This document shows positions 63,557 to 64,000 of a stretch of DNA of 64,000 bases, one piece after another. Each line of letters begins with the position of its first letter. Position 1 is the stretch's first letter. The DNA is taken from NCBI GenBank assembly GCA_040758355.1, contig JBFLWF010000001.1, forward strand, positions 64,001-128,000, in the 5' to 3' direction. The notes below the pieces were generated by a model. That model was not told the origin of the DNA. It did no database searches and worked only from the letters and a program-made list of their open reading frames with translations. This DNA comes from Nitrospirota bacterium (GTDB lineage: Bacteria; Nitrospirota; Thermodesulfovibrionia; Thermodesulfovibrionales; Dissulfurispiraceae). The position numbers were made by a program, and so were the translations under genes.

Positions 63557-63899
63557 TCTGCCTCTGCCTCGTATTTTCTGGTCTTGTATTTTCAGCAGCC
63601 TTGTTTGTATTCTGGTATGCCTGTACTGCACGCTGGGATTCGATATTTCTGGTTTCCTGAGTCTTTTGCTGTGCCTCCGCATTAGGGGTATTTGCAGTTC
63701 TGCTTGCATTTTTGGCTCTGCCCTGTCTGCTCAGGGTCACTCTGACATCCTCTGAAGATGGATTATTTCTTTCTGCATTCTCTCTCTGTTGCGTCTGCCT
63801 CTGGGTTTGCTGTGACTGTGGATTCTTTTTCTTTTGAATATCGTATCTTGAAATTATATCTGTTTGTAATTGGTTATTTGGTGTCTGGTTTACCGGCAT
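63537..63899 (-). CDS. Q/N-rich low-complexity hypothetical protein
   Basis: GGAGG RBS before MPVNQ at 63899; contains EDVRVTLS. Confidence 0.6.
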   Translation of the reverse strand: MPVNQTPNNQLQTDIISRYDIQKKKNPQSQQTQRQTQQRENAERNNPSSEDVRVTLSRQGRAKNASRTANTPNAEAQQKTQETRNIESQRAVQAYQNTNKAAENTRPENTRQRQINRIVG

Positions 63900-64000
63900 G
63901 TTAACCTCCTTTGGCATAAGGTGGACGGAGTGCTGACTTCTTTCTTATCCTAATTGTATTGGCATGTGCCTCAAGCCCCTCTACGTCGGCAATCGTCTCT

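Noticed and set aside
63960..64000. Possible sigma28 promoter (GCCGAC) for the Q/N-rich gene with an FlgM-like V-x-L-S motif
   Set aside because: Weak -10 match, and the -35 region lies outside the window.

Overview
Mostly core chromosome of a bacterium. The gene content and protein style suggest Nitrospirota (Thermodesulfovibrionia-like) or a deltaproteobacterium-like anaerobe; this is inference. Housekeeping blocks: ribBA, five tRNA genes, rlmN, leuD-leuB-asd-metK-ahcY, miaA-DUF72-polX, dapL-folK-yjbQ, yggS/proC-yggT-divIVA-hisS, apgM-tatD/rSAM, ribH-nusB, mreBCD-mrdA-rodA, ftsY, dnaE-accA, uvrB, purF and cutA. Small accessory inserts sit between them: a DUF6765/amidohydrolase pair, hicAB next to a nonsense-interrupted gene, kup under a c-di-AMP riboswitch, a type IIG/ISP-like R-M gene with an internally deleted DUF1016 gene, and an AAA/DUF4143 ATPase. 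No CRISPR array, rRNA, integrase or transposase is visible. The most notable signals are in repeats and non-coding DNA. (1) Two ~96% identical copies of a ~220-bp multi-stem structured element (~51604-51840 and ~62345-62582). (2) A dispersed set of 6-8-nt, mostly 7-nt, tandem micro-arrays, often as inverted pairs, several of them in frame inside conserved proteins (MiaA, YggS, ProC, TatD, PBP2). (3) Five copies of a REP-like GGGGAC/GTCCCC hairpin, four with a shared one-sided tail. (4) A relic copy of the proC 5' end in front of the DUF1016 gene, which itself encodes three 27-bp palindromes. (5) Many genes with a -10 box 5-7 nt before the start codon, suggesting leaderless mRNAs.
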